The translations under genes were made by a program, and so were the position numbers. A stretch of 64,000 nt of DNA from an uncultured Planctomycetia bacterium (GTDB taxonomy: Bacteria; Omnitrophota; Gorgyraeia; 2-02-FULL-51-18): assembly GCA_964606485.1 (NCBI GenBank), contig CAZSGP010000001.1:289085-353084 (forward strand), read 5' to 3'. This document shows, in pieces, positions 16,812-26,281 of this stretch (positions within the stretch are counted from its first letter, which is position 1; each line of letters opens with the position of its first letter). The notes beneath the pieces were generated by a model that saw only the letters and a program-made list of their open reading frames with translations, was not told where the DNA came from and made no database searches.

Positions 16812-18085
16812 ACGAACGGGACACCGAAGCCGTCGAAGGCTTGATGCTGGATAAGGGTTACGAAAAAACAGCTGAAATTGAGCAGGCGGATCTCATTTTA
16901 TACAACACCTGCAGTGTGCGTGATCACGCCGAGCAAAAAATATTCGGACGTATGGGGCATTTTAGAAAACTAAAAGAAAATAACCCTGAACTTGTAGTGG
17001 GAATCATGGGCTGCATGGCCCAGGAGCACGCAGGAGATTTTTTTAAAAAGAATCCTCATATTGACCTCGTCTGCGGCCCAGGAAATTTAAAACAAATTCC
17101 AGCTCTTGTTGATGAAGTGCGCTCCGGAAAAAAAGCCCGGCTTGCCGTCGACCGGCTAGACGAAGAATACTCGCTCGAGGATGCGCGCTACCGATCGGGA
17201 AACCCCAAAGCGCTTGTCACGATCATGAAGGGTTGCGATCACAAGTGCACCTACTGCATCGTCCCGTTTGTGAGGGGAGTCGAGCGCTCGCGCTCCTCTG
17301 AAAGCATTTTAAATGAAATCAAAGATTTGGAAGCGCGCGGGTTTAAAGATGTGATGCTGCTTGGACAAAATGTGAATTCGTATGGAAAGGGATTGGACGA
17401 GCAAATTGATTTTGCGGGGTTACTTGAGAAAATTCAATTGCACGCGCCAAAAATTCCGCGACTTCGGTTTATCACGAGCCACCCCAAAGATGCACACACC
17501 CGGCTTTTTACGGCCATGCGCGATCTGCCCATGGTCTGCGGGCATTTGCATTTGCCGGTGCAGGCGGGGTCTGATTTTATTTTGCGCCGCATGAAGCGTG
17601 AGCACACGCGCCAGTGGTATTTGGATCAGATTGAAGAGTATCGAAGGCTTGTGCCGGAGGGGACGCTTACGACAGATTTGATTGTTGGATTTCCGGGCGA
17701 AACCGAGAAAGATTTTTTAGACACGGTGGACCTTGCCGAAAAAGCACAGTTTGACGCAGCCTACATTTTTACGTATTCGCCGCGGCCGGGAACGCCTGCG
17801 CTCAAATTAGAAGACGACGTGCCGTTTGAGGAAAAAGACCGGCGCTTGCATCATCTTTTAGCGGTGCAGCGGGCGATGGCGCTTAAAATCAATCAGGGAC
17901 TTATTGGAAAAACATTCGAAGTGCTCTTTGAATTTAAAACCCGGCGCGATGAAAGTCGTTTTTCAGGGCGCACCCGCGGTTTTAAGCGTGTAGTTGTCTC
18001 CTCAGAGGCTGATTTGACGGGGCTTTTAAGGGCTGTTAAGATCACGGGTGCTGCGGATGAAACATTGCTTGGAGAACTCATTTAA
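16772..18085 (+). CDS. miaB: tRNA-2-methylthio-N6-dimethylallyladenosine synthase (MiaB)
   Basis: MTTase N-terminal TFGCQMNE. Radical-SAM CDHKCTYC. TRAM C-terminus. Confidence 0.95.
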   Translation: MRKVYICTFGCQMNERDTEAVEGLMLDKGYEKTAEIEQADLILYNTCSVRDHAEQKIFGRMGHFRKLKENNPELVVGIMGCMAQEHAGDFFKKNPHIDLVCGPGNLKQIPALVDEVRSGKKARLAVDRLDEEYSLEDARYRSGNPKALVTIMKGCDHKCTYCIVPFVRGVERSRSSESILNEIKDLEARGFKDVMLLGQNVNSYGKGLDEQIDFAGLLEKIQLHAPKIPRLRFITSHPKDAHTRLFTAMRDLPMVCGHLHLPVQAGSDFILRRMKREHTRQWYLDQIEEYRRLVPEGTLTTDLIVGFPGETEKDFLDTVDLAEKAQFDAAYIFTYSPRPGTPALKLEDDVPFEEKDRRLHHLLAVQRAMALKINQGLIGKTFEVLFEFKTRRDESRFSGRTRGFKRVVVSSEADLTGLLRAVKITGAADETLLGELI

Positions 18086-18086
18086 A

Positions 18087-18872
18087 ATGAAAAAATATTT
18101 TTTTATACTTATAGCACTTCTTTGTGTAGCCACAGTCTCCTACGCAGACTTTGGACGCACGACGACTCGGCGCGAAAGAGGGGAGACGCTGCGCCGCGAA
18201 TTATCTTCGCCCCGCCAAGCGAGTGGCGCTTATGAAGCGATCCAGAATGCATTTTTAAATAAAAATTATTCCAAGACAGTAGAGCTTTGCGATGTTTATT
18301 TAAATTCTTTAGATTCAAAGGAACATTTGGAAGACGTGCTTAATTTTCAGGCATTTAGCCTTTTAAAATTAGGCCGCACCATGGAAGCGCGAAGCCGTTT
18401 CCGTACTTTAGAGGAGCGTTCTTCAAATCTAAATTTAAAAGCAGCCGCCTCGGCTTCACTCGGAGACACCTATTATTTTGAAAAAGATTGGCGCACGGCC
18501 CGTGAGCGCTACGAAGAAACTCTGGCCAAATACCCCACGAGCGACCAAACCATTTATATTCAGTCACGCCTGTCTGAAATGACAAGCCGTCCCGGCAGTG
18601 GAGCGACTTCCGGGTTTTATCGGCCGCTCAAGCAGGTGGGGATTGAAGAGAGTGGATTTTACAGCGTGCAAGTCGGCTCATTTTCAAAAAAGCAAAATGC
18701 GCAGGGACTTCTCGATAAAATTCTAGCGAGCCACTCGGATGCATACGTCCAAAAAGATCCTTCCGCGTCGGTTTACCGAGTTCGTGTCGGACGACTTTCT
18801 TCGCGCGAGGATGCCTTGCGTTTAGAGACTTCTCTAAAAAAAGAAGGCTACCCCACTAAAATCTCTTCGTGA
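18087..18872 (+). CDS. Secreted TPR-like / SPOR-domain protein
   Basis: Signal peptide MKKYFFILIALLCVATVSYA. C-terminal SPOR-like region YSVQVGSF...YRVRVGRLSSREDALRL. Confidence 0.7.
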   Translation: MKKYFFILIALLCVATVSYADFGRTTTRRERGETLRRELSSPRQASGAYEAIQNAFLNKNYSKTVELCDVYLNSLDSKEHLEDVLNFQAFSLLKLGRTMEARSRFRTLEERSSNLNLKAAASASLGDTYYFEKDWRTARERYEETLAKYPTSDQTIYIQSRLSEMTSRPGSGATSGFYRPLKQVGIEESGFYSVQVGSFSKKQNAQGLLDKILASHSDAYVQKDPSASVYRVRVGRLSSREDALRLETSLKKEGYPTKISS

Positions 18873-19789
18873 CCAAACCGCTTTTAATTGCCGCAATGGG
18901 TCCGACGGCTTCCGGAAAATCGGACGCGGCCCTAGAAATTTCCCGAAAGTTAAATGGCGTGGTTATTTCCTGTGATTCGATGCAGGTTTATCGCCACATG
19001 CCAGTTTTAACGCAAGGCACCCCCGGAGTTTTGCTCACCGCATTTTTAGACCCCAAAGAAGAATACAGTGCCGATCAATTCCGCAAAGACGCCGAAATAC
19101 TTATTCAAAAAGCATGGACGGAGAAAAAAATTCCTGTTCTTACGGGCGGGACCGGGCTTTATTTGCGGGCTCTCTTAGATGGATTATTTGAATCAAGCAT
19201 CGGAGCGCCTGTCAAAGACTCGGCGCTGCGAAAAAAAATTATTCAGGACCTAGACGACAATGGCGCTTTGCGTCTTCACGAGCGACTTGCGAGCGTCGAT
19301 CCTGTTTCCGCCAAAAAAATTCACCCCAACGACTCCCGGCGAGTGGTGCGCGCGCTTGAAATTTTTGAATCGACCGGAAAGCCATTTTCGGAACAAAAAT
19401 CAAACCGTTCGGGCTTGCGGCAAAGTACGGACTGCCGGGTCTTTGTTCTAGAGCGAGATAGGGCGGAGCTTTATGCGCGCATCGACACCCGTGTAGATCG
19501 AATGGTGGAACAAGGTCTCCTTGAGGAGGTGCGTTCTTTGGCTAGTCGGCCGCTTAGCCAGACTGCTGCTGGCGCGCTGGGACTAAAGGAGATAGGCGCT
19601 TATCTCCAAGGCAAAACGACGCTAGAATCAGCTGTCGAACTTTTGAAAAAAAATACACGAAATTATGCTAAACGCCAAATGTCCTGGTTTCGCTCGGAAA
19701 AAGAAACAACGAAGATTTCTGTCTCCAAAGAAGACTCGCCAGAAATGATTGCGGAGAAAATTTTAAATCACTGCAAGGATGCCTTGTGA
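18869..19789 (+). CDS. miaA: tRNA dimethylallyltransferase
   Basis: P-loop GPTASGKS. Full-length MiaA-like. GTGA start overlap. Confidence 0.95.
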   Translation: MTKPLLIAAMGPTASGKSDAALEISRKLNGVVISCDSMQVYRHMPVLTQGTPGVLLTAFLDPKEEYSADQFRKDAEILIQKAWTEKKIPVLTGGTGLYLRALLDGLFESSIGAPVKDSALRKKIIQDLDDNGALRLHERLASVDPVSAKKIHPNDSRRVVRALEIFESTGKPFSEQKSNRSGLRQSTDCRVFVLERDRAELYARIDTRVDRMVEQGLLEEVRSLASRPLSQTAAGALGLKEIGAYLQGKTTLESAVELLKKNTRNYAKRQMSWFRSEKETTKISVSKEDSPEMIAEKILNHCKDAL

Positions 19790-21009
19790 AAGAACGCGCG
19801 ATTGCCGTTACGATTCTCCTCGACCAAGAAAAAAATGAATCGGACCCCAAGGATCTTTCTGAGGAGCTTCAGGCGCTGGTTGAAGCGAGCGGCCTCGAAG
19901 TCGCAGAGAGCATGATTTACAAAGAAAAAACTCCCAATGCGCCTCACCTTATCGGCATGGGAAAGCTAGAAGAGCTTGCGCGGATTGGCAAAAAAGAAAA
20001 GGCGAATGTTTTTGTGGTGAGCCACGATCTTTCTGCAACCCAGCAGAAAAATTTAGAAGAAATCCTAGGCCAAAAAACCATCGACCGGACTCAGCTTATT
20101 TTGGATATTTTCGCTCAGCGCGCGCGTTCAAACGAGGGGAAGCTTCAGGTGGAGCTTGCGCAACTCAAATACCTGTTACCGCGGCTTGCGGGACAGGGAA
20201 TTTATTTGTCGCGTCTAGGAGGCGGTATCGGAACGCGCGGTCCGGGAGAACAAAAATTGGAAGTGGATCGTCGCCGGGCACGCGAAAAGGTTGTAAAGCT
20301 GTCAAGAGAACTTGCCACCCTTCAAAAGCGCCGGGCGCAGGCTCTAGACCGCAAAAAAGAAAAAGATTTTTCGGTGATTGCCCTTGTGGGGTATACCAAC
20401 GCCGGGAAATCACGGCTTTTCAATGCGCTGACGGATTCAAAAGTGATGGTAAAAAATCAGCTCTTCTCAACACTCGACACCACGACGAGACTGGCGGAGT
20501 TACCTCACAATCAAAAGGCGCTGATTGTCGACACCGTTGGATTTGTGCGCGACTTGCCGCATCATTTGGTTGAGTCTTTTAAAGCGACGCTTGAAGAAGC
20601 GCTTCATGCGGATATTTTGATTCACGTGATGGACTATAGCCGGGAAGACCGCGATGTTTTAGAGAAAGCTGTTGAAAGCGTACTCAAAAGCTTGGGAGCC
20701 CAAGAGAAAAAGGCTCTGCGCGTGTTTAACAAACTTGATCTCGTCTCTGATTTTAAGGAGCGTGGCGCATTTGGAATTTCGGCGCTCACTGGCCAGGGTG
20801 TTCCGGAGCTCAAAGCGCTACTTTCACGAGAATTGATGACCGGTTTTGAAGAGACTCAATTTTTTATTCCTAAAGAACGCCACGATCTTTTACCGTTTTT
20901 GTACGAACAAAGCCATGTGATTCGCCGGCAAGACACCGATCGCGGCGTTGAGATCACGACTCATATTTCACCCAAATCCGCTCAAATTTTCCGTTCAAAA
21001 TTGCGCTAA
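19786..21009 (+). CDS. hflX: GTPase HflX
   Basis: GYTNAGKS (G1), DTVGF (G3), and an HflX N-terminal domain. Confidence 0.95.
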   Translation: MKERAIAVTILLDQEKNESDPKDLSEELQALVEASGLEVAESMIYKEKTPNAPHLIGMGKLEELARIGKKEKANVFVVSHDLSATQQKNLEEILGQKTIDRTQLILDIFAQRARSNEGKLQVELAQLKYLLPRLAGQGIYLSRLGGGIGTRGPGEQKLEVDRRRAREKVVKLSRELATLQKRRAQALDRKKEKDFSVIALVGYTNAGKSRLFNALTDSKVMVKNQLFSTLDTTTRLAELPHNQKALIVDTVGFVRDLPHHLVESFKATLEEALHADILIHVMDYSREDRDVLEKAVESVLKSLGAQEKKALRVFNKLDLVSDFKERGAFGISALTGQGVPELKALLSRELMTGFEETQFFIPKERHDLLPFLYEQSHVIRRQDTDRGVEITTHISPKSAQIFRSKLR

Positions 21010-21127
21010 GCTTTAGCGCCTCCCCACAGCCATTCTCAGAGCTAAATCGTTAATAATTTAAAAAATCTAGAAATTATTTTTGGTAAAAATCGCACCCTCT
21101 GACGTCTTGTGTAGTGGGAGGAGTGAT

Positions 21128-21601
21128 ATGGAAAAGTGCATTTTTTCGGTCCGAAATCAAAAGGTTATGCTGAGCGTACACCTGGCCGAGCTTTATGGTG
21201 TTGAGCCACGAGCTTTGGTCCAAGCGGTTAAGCGTAATCGGAGTCGATTTCCAGACGATTTTATATTTCAACTTACGGTAGCCGAATTTGAAAACTTGAA
21301 ATCACAGATTGTGATTTCAAGTTGGGGAGGATTGCGGAGAGCTATGCCATATGCGTTTACAGAGCAAGGGATCGCGATGCTTTCAAGCGTTTTGAAAAGC
21401 CAAAAGGCGATTCGAGCCAATATTCAAATCATGAGAACTTTTATTAAATTCAGGCAATGGGCTCTAGCGCATAGCGATTTGCAGCTAAAAATTGAGCAGT
21501 TGGAGAAAAAATACGATCAGCAATTTCAAGTTGTGTTTAAAGCGATAAAGATGTTTTTGGAGGACACCTCAAATCCAGGAAATATGGATAAGAGATTTTA
21601 A
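21128..21601 (+). CDS. ORF6N (KilA-N-like) domain DNA-binding protein
   Basis: LAELYGVEPRALVQAVKRNRSRFPDDFIFQLT...SSWGGLRRAMPYAFTEQGIAMLSSVL matches the ORF6N signature. GGAGG ribosome-binding site before the ATG at 21128. Confidence 0.75.
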   Translation: MEKCIFSVRNQKVMLSVHLAELYGVEPRALVQAVKRNRSRFPDDFIFQLTVAEFENLKSQIVISSWGGLRRAMPYAFTEQGIAMLSSVLKSQKAIRANIQIMRTFIKFRQWALAHSDLQLKIEQLEKKYDQQFQVVFKAIKMFLEDTSNPGNMDKRF

Positions 21602-21613
21602 AAGGAGGAAACG

Positions 21614-21895
21614 ATGAACACGATGATAGACGTAGAAGTGGTGGATATCCGGAAAATCAATTCGGACAGCAAGCTGAGGGCGTACGCGGATGTGAAAGTG
21701 GCTGGCAGCTTGGTGCTTCGCGGCTTTTCGGTATTAAAAGGAGACAACGGTATTTTTGTGAGTCTTCCAGCTAAGGCCGGGAAAGATGGGAAGTGGTACG
21801 AAACCGTTATCCCAACGGATGAAAAGCTGGGTCGTTACATGAAAGACAAGGTGATGGAAGCCTACGACCGCGAAACCGACGGCGTGCGGGGTTAA
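21614..21895 (+). CDS. spoVG: SpoVG-family protein
   Basis: Full-length similarity to SpoVG (DVRKINSD...GIFVSLPAK). Confidence 0.85.
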   Translation: MNTMIDVEVVDIRKINSDSKLRAYADVKVAGSLVLRGFSVLKGDNGIFVSLPAKAGKDGKWYETVIPTDEKLGRYMKDKVMEAYDRETDGVRG

Positions 21896-21897
21896 GC

Positions 21898-22263
21898 GTG
21901 GACTATTCCAAGCAGATTCAGGGAAAGCTCGGCGAGGACTTGGCCTGTGATTATTTAAAATCACTGGGCTATAAAATTCTCATTCGAAATTATACGAGTC
22001 CGCTTGGAGAGATCGATCTTATCGCCAAGGACAGGGGGCAGTTGGTGTTTGTGGAAGTCAAATGCCGCGCGTCTTTGGCGATGGGTCATCCGTGGGAAGC
22101 GGTAACCTTTTATAAAAGACGACAGATCATTAAATGCGCCAAGGGCTATCTTAAGCGCTACGATCTTTTTGATTATCCCTGCCGTTTTGACGTGGTGAGC
22201 GTGCTCGCCGAAAGTTCCAAAGAACCCGTATTTGAACATTTTCAAAACGCCTTCGGAGAATAA
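21898..22263 (+). CDS. yraN: YraN-family (UPF0102) endonuclease
   Basis: GEDLACDYLKSLGYKIL...GEIDLIA...VFVEVKCR. Confidence 0.8.
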   Translation: MDYSKQIQGKLGEDLACDYLKSLGYKILIRNYTSPLGEIDLIAKDRGQLVFVEVKCRASLAMGHPWEAVTFYKRRQIIKCAKGYLKRYDLFDYPCRFDVVSVLAESSKEPVFEHFQNAFGE

Positions 22264-22267
22264 TAAA

Positions 22268-23803
22268 ATGCTAGCAACGGTTTTATCCAGTGCTGTGTTA
22301 GGAATTGAAGCTTTTTTGGTGGAAGCGGAAGTAGATTTGGCCAATGGATTGCCTGCTTTTAATATCGTGGGCTTGCCAGACGCAGCTTGCCGTGAAAGTT
22401 CAGACCGGGTGCGTGCGGCGATTAAAAATAGCGGAGTCGTATTTCCTTCCAAAAAAATTACTGTGAATCTTGCGCCGGCTGATCTTAAAAAGGAGGGCTC
22501 GGGTTTTGATTTGGCGATCGCGGTCGGAATTTTAGCGGCTAGCGAAGCCGTGCCGCTTGACTCGATCACCAACAAAGTTTTCTGCGGGGAGTTGTCGCTT
22601 GATGGAAGTCTCAAGCCGATAGCAGGGATTTTGCCGCGCGCTGCTTTCATTTTAAAAAATTTTCCCGAAAAGGAATTTGTGATTCCGGAGTCTAATTCCA
22701 AGGAGGCCTTGTGTCTTGAAGGTTTAAATGTGAGACCCGCTAAAAATCTTTATCAGATTATCCAGTTTTTAAAAAATGAAGCGGAGCTTAAATTAAAAAA
22801 GGGCAAGCGCGCATTTTCAGTGAGTGAAGGAAGGGTTTTGAAATATTTAGATTTTTCTGACATCAAAGGACAGCTTCAGGCGAAGCGTGCCTTGGAAATT
22901 GCCGCTGCGGGTCGGCATAATGTGCTGATGATCGGCCCGCCGGGTTCCGGGAAGACCATGCTTGCTAAGCGCATTCCGACGATTCTTTCTTCAATCACGT
23001 TTGAGGAGGCGGTTGAAACGACAAAGATTCACAGCGTGGCGGGCTTGATTGGAAAATCCAGGTCGCTCGTTGAGCAAAGGCCTTTTCGGGATCCGCATCA
23101 CACCATCTCCGACACCGCGATGGTGGGCGGGGGAACTTACCCGAAGCCTGGCGAAATCAGCCTTTCGCATAATGGAGTGCTATTTTTGGACGAACTTGCC
23201 GAATTTAAGCGAAATGTTTTGGAAGTTCTGCGTCAACCGATGGAAGAGGGGACGGTGACGATCTCGCGCGCGGCGATGACACTGACACTTCCAGCGCGAT
23301 TCATGTTAGTTGCCGCGATGAATCCGTGCCCCTGCGGAAATTACGGCGATCCCAAGCGTGAGTGCCACTGCAATGCCGTACAGGTTAAAAAATATTTGTC
23401 CAAAATTTCAGGGCCGATGCTAGACCGGATTGACATACAACTCGAAGTGCCTTGTCTTAAGTCTGGCGAGATCACTGACAAGGCCAGTGGGGAGAGTTCG
23501 GAATCCATTCGTTTGCGGGTTGAAGAGGCGCAGGATCGCCAGCGCAAGCGCTACGAAAAAGAGGGGATCTCTTCAAACTCGGAGCTGGAGGCCCGGCAAG
23601 TTGAAAAGTTTTGCGCAGCGTCGCCCCAAGCCGAGGCGCTTCTTAAGATGGCTATCGAAAGCCTTGGGTTTTCGGCGCGGTCCTATCACAAGGCGCTCAA
23701 GGTCGCGCGCACGGTCGCGGACTTAGAGCGGTCGGAAACGATTGAAGACCGGCATGTGTCAGAGGCGATTCATTACCGGTCGCTCGACCGGAATCGTCAC
23801 TAA
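22268..23803 (+). CDS. comM: YifB/ComM-family Mg-chelatase-like AAA+ ATPase
   Basis: GPPGSGKTMLAKR. Full-length family match. The start is placed at MLATVLSSAVLGIEA. Confidence 0.9.
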   Translation: MLATVLSSAVLGIEAFLVEAEVDLANGLPAFNIVGLPDAACRESSDRVRAAIKNSGVVFPSKKITVNLAPADLKKEGSGFDLAIAVGILAASEAVPLDSITNKVFCGELSLDGSLKPIAGILPRAAFILKNFPEKEFVIPESNSKEALCLEGLNVRPAKNLYQIIQFLKNEAELKLKKGKRAFSVSEGRVLKYLDFSDIKGQLQAKRALEIAAAGRHNVLMIGPPGSGKTMLAKRIPTILSSITFEEAVETTKIHSVAGLIGKSRSLVEQRPFRDPHHTISDTAMVGGGTYPKPGEISLSHNGVLFLDELAEFKRNVLEVLRQPMEEGTVTISRAAMTLTLPARFMLVAAMNPCPCGNYGDPKRECHCNAVQVKKYLSKISGPMLDRIDIQLEVPCLKSGEITDKASGESSESIRLRVEEAQDRQRKRYEKEGISSNSELEARQVEKFCAASPQAEALLKMAIESLGFSARSYHKALKVARTVADLERSETIEDRHVSEAIHYRSLDRNRH

Positions 23804-23883
23804 TTGATAAATAATCAAATAAACTTGACAAAAAACAAAGTATCGGGTAAGGTTGCCCGTACGAGTCGAGGGAGGGAGCTGTT

Positions 23884-25485
23884 TTGAAAGAGGCGAGATT
23901 TACGATCGCAGTGTTGTGTATAGGATTGGCGCTATCTAGTGTTCCCGCAGGTGCCGAATGGGTGAGCGGCTCTCAGGGCCTCGAAGACGTTCAAATGAAA
24001 TTTGTCACTCCCGACCCGTTTACGGCTAATACGGTTTATTCAGGTTCAAAAAATAAACTCTACAAAAGTTTAGACGGCGCCAAAACTTGGAAGCGAATTT
24101 TAAGCCTTCGCGGTAATCACGAACTCACCTGTGTTTTACCTGATGCCGTCACTCCGGGAATAATTTATCTTGGCATGGACAGCGGAGTGAAAGTGTCTTT
24201 AGATGGCGGGCTTCACTGGAAGGATTTGTGGAATCCCATCTCCAAGGAATCGGCGGGCGTTTTTTCACTCGCCACCTCGGCCAAGTACCCACACCTTCTT
24301 TTTATAGGAACCGCTAACGGCCTAAAAGCCATCTCGACTCAGAATGAGAAAATGGACTCGCAAAATTTTCTAGAAGGGGAGTCTGTTTGCTCAATTGATC
24401 TTGGGCAGAGTTTAAATGCCCCCGATTTTGTGATCACCGAAAAAGGAATCTACAAAAGTGAGGCGGCACATCTTTCGTGGAGCCGCGTTTTTTCATGGGT
24501 GAATCGTTCAGATGAAGAGCCTCTCCAGCAATTTGGAGTAGAAGAAATTTTCCTAAGCCCCTCTTTTTCATCGGTAGTCCGAAACGCCGAATCAAACCAG
24601 GTGTATGCTCTCACACAGAAAGGTTTGGTGGAGGGTGATGAGTTGAATGATCGTTGGGAATTTGTGGGGCGTGAAAACTTTTCCGGAAAAAGGTTGAGCT
24701 CTATTTGTCGCTCGACGCGTTCTTTCTACGTGGCTACGGATCGAGGTGTGCTGGGTTGGAATCCGGAAACGAAAGAGTTTAAAAATATTTCAGAGGGTCT
24801 TGGGTCGCTCAAGGTTACACAGCTTTCATACAGTACTCACGGAGACTATTTGATCGCTGCGACTGATCGCGGAATTTTTAAATGGAGTTATCCGGACCTA
24901 AAGATAGAAAGTGCAGATTCCGAAAAAGCAAAGAGCGTTCTACCGGAAGCTAAGAACCTGCTTTATCAGTTTTCATCCGAACCTAGCATTCGGGATATTC
25001 AAAACGCCGCCATTACCTACGCCGAAGTACATCCGGACAAAATCCAGGCGTGGAGAAAAGCTGCGGCCAAGAAAGCGATTCTTCCAAGCGTCTCGCTCGG
25101 CGGGAAAAGGGGGGAGAATCAAAATATAGATCTCGACCGCGGGGGGACCGATGACCCGGACCATTTTATTCAAGGCCCGAATGAGAAAAATTTTGATTGG
25201 TCGGTCTCGATGAGTTGGGATTTAGGTGACTTAGTATGGAATGACGACCAAACTTCGATCGACACCCGCTCGAAACTCATGACCGAACTGCGAGATGACG
25301 TGGTCAACGAGGTGACGCATCTTTACTACGAGCGACGCCGACTTCAAATTTCAATGAAGCTTGCTGCCGTGAACGATTTATCGGTTCAAATTGAAAAGGA
25401 ATTGAAGCTCGAGGAGCTTACGGCGAATATCGACGGTCTCACCGGTGGTTATTTGTCCCGAAAGCTCGCTCAACTAAAGTCCTAA
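23884..25485 (+). CDS. Secreted BNR/Asp-box-repeat protein
   Basis: Signal peptide. BNR motifs SLDGAKTW and SLDGGLHW. Confidence 0.6.
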   Translation: MKEARFTIAVLCIGLALSSVPAGAEWVSGSQGLEDVQMKFVTPDPFTANTVYSGSKNKLYKSLDGAKTWKRILSLRGNHELTCVLPDAVTPGIIYLGMDSGVKVSLDGGLHWKDLWNPISKESAGVFSLATSAKYPHLLFIGTANGLKAISTQNEKMDSQNFLEGESVCSIDLGQSLNAPDFVITEKGIYKSEAAHLSWSRVFSWVNRSDEEPLQQFGVEEIFLSPSFSSVVRNAESNQVYALTQKGLVEGDELNDRWEFVGRENFSGKRLSSICRSTRSFYVATDRGVLGWNPETKEFKNISEGLGSLKVTQLSYSTHGDYLIAATDRGIFKWSYPDLKIESADSEKAKSVLPEAKNLLYQFSSEPSIRDIQNAAITYAEVHPDKIQAWRKAAAKKAILPSVSLGGKRGENQNIDLDRGGTDDPDHFIQGPNEKNFDWSVSMSWDLGDLVWNDDQTSIDTRSKLMTELRDDVVNEVTHLYYERRRLQISMKLAAVNDLSVQIEKELKLEELTANIDGLTGGYLSRKLAQLKS

Positions 25486-25498
25486 CGACTGCAGAGCA

Positions 25499-25526
25499 TT
25501 GACTTTAGCCATTCGGTATGGATAAT
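25499..25526 (+). promoter_or_regulatory. Sigma70-like promoter TTGACT-16-GATAAT placing the transcription start about 2 nt before the coxB ATG (leaderless)
   Basis: Spacing and sequence read directly from the window. coxB has no Shine-Dalgarno sequence. Confidence 0.35.
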
Positions 25527-25534
25527 GTTCGCTC

Positions 25535-26281
25535 ATGCAGGAAAAATATTACCGTTGGGGCTTACCAATCGACGTTTCCGTCGATGGTTATCAAGTTGAT
25601 CGACTGATCAACGTCATCCATATTTTCATGGCCGTGCTATTTATTGGCTGGCTAATTTTCCTTGTTTACACACTGATCCGTTTTCGCGCGCGTCCCGGTC
25701 ATGAGGTTTCTCATAGCCACGAACATTTTAAGCTCCCCACTTATCTAGAGGTTGGTGTTGCGCTGTTTGAGGTTTTTTTGCTTTGCGCATTTGCGCTCCC
25801 AGCCTGGCATCATTTTAAAAGAGAGCTCCCACCGCGGGATCAGGCCGTTCAAATTAGAGTGGTCGCCGAACAGTACGCGTGGAATATTCGGTACACAGGG
25901 GCCGATGGGGTATTTGGAAAAACAGACGCGAAATTAATAGACGGCTCCAATCCGATCGGTCTTGACCCAAGCGACCCTGCGGGTAAGGATGATGTCGTGT
26001 CGCTCAACCAGTTGCATATCCCGGTCAACACGCCCGTCATTGTGGATTTAACCTCTAAGGATGTGATTCACAGCTTCTCGCTCCCTGTTATGCGCGTAAA
26101 ACAAGACGCTATTCCGGGTCAGACGGTTCCACTTTGGTTTCAAGCAAAAAAAACAGGAAATTTTGAAATTGCATGTGCCCAGCTTTGCGGATTAGGGCAT
26201 TATCGGATGAGAGGTTTTTTTGTAGTGGAGACAAAAGAAGAATTTCAAAATTGGCTGAAGGAGCAAAAGGCATCTCAATGA
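25535..26281 (+). CDS. coxB: Cytochrome c oxidase subunit II (CuA-containing, no fused cytochrome c domain)
   Basis: Two N-terminal transmembrane helices. Cupredoxin domain with CuA ligands H...CAQLCGLGH. Confidence 0.85.
   Translation: MQEKYYRWGLPIDVSVDGYQVDRLINVIHIFMAVLFIGWLIFLVYTLIRFRARPGHEVSHSHEHFKLPTYLEVGVALFEVFLLCAFALPAWHHFKRELPPRDQAVQIRVVAEQYAWNIRYTGADGVFGKTDAKLIDGSNPIGLDPSDPAGKDDVVSLNQLHIPVNTPVIVDLTSKDVIHSFSLPVMRVKQDAIPGQTVPLWFQAKKTGNFEIACAQLCGLGHYRMRGFFVVETKEEFQNWLKEQKASQ

Noticed and set aside
21961-22701. 246-aa minus-strand ORF
   Set aside because: It is antisense to yraN and comM, which have clear family signatures.
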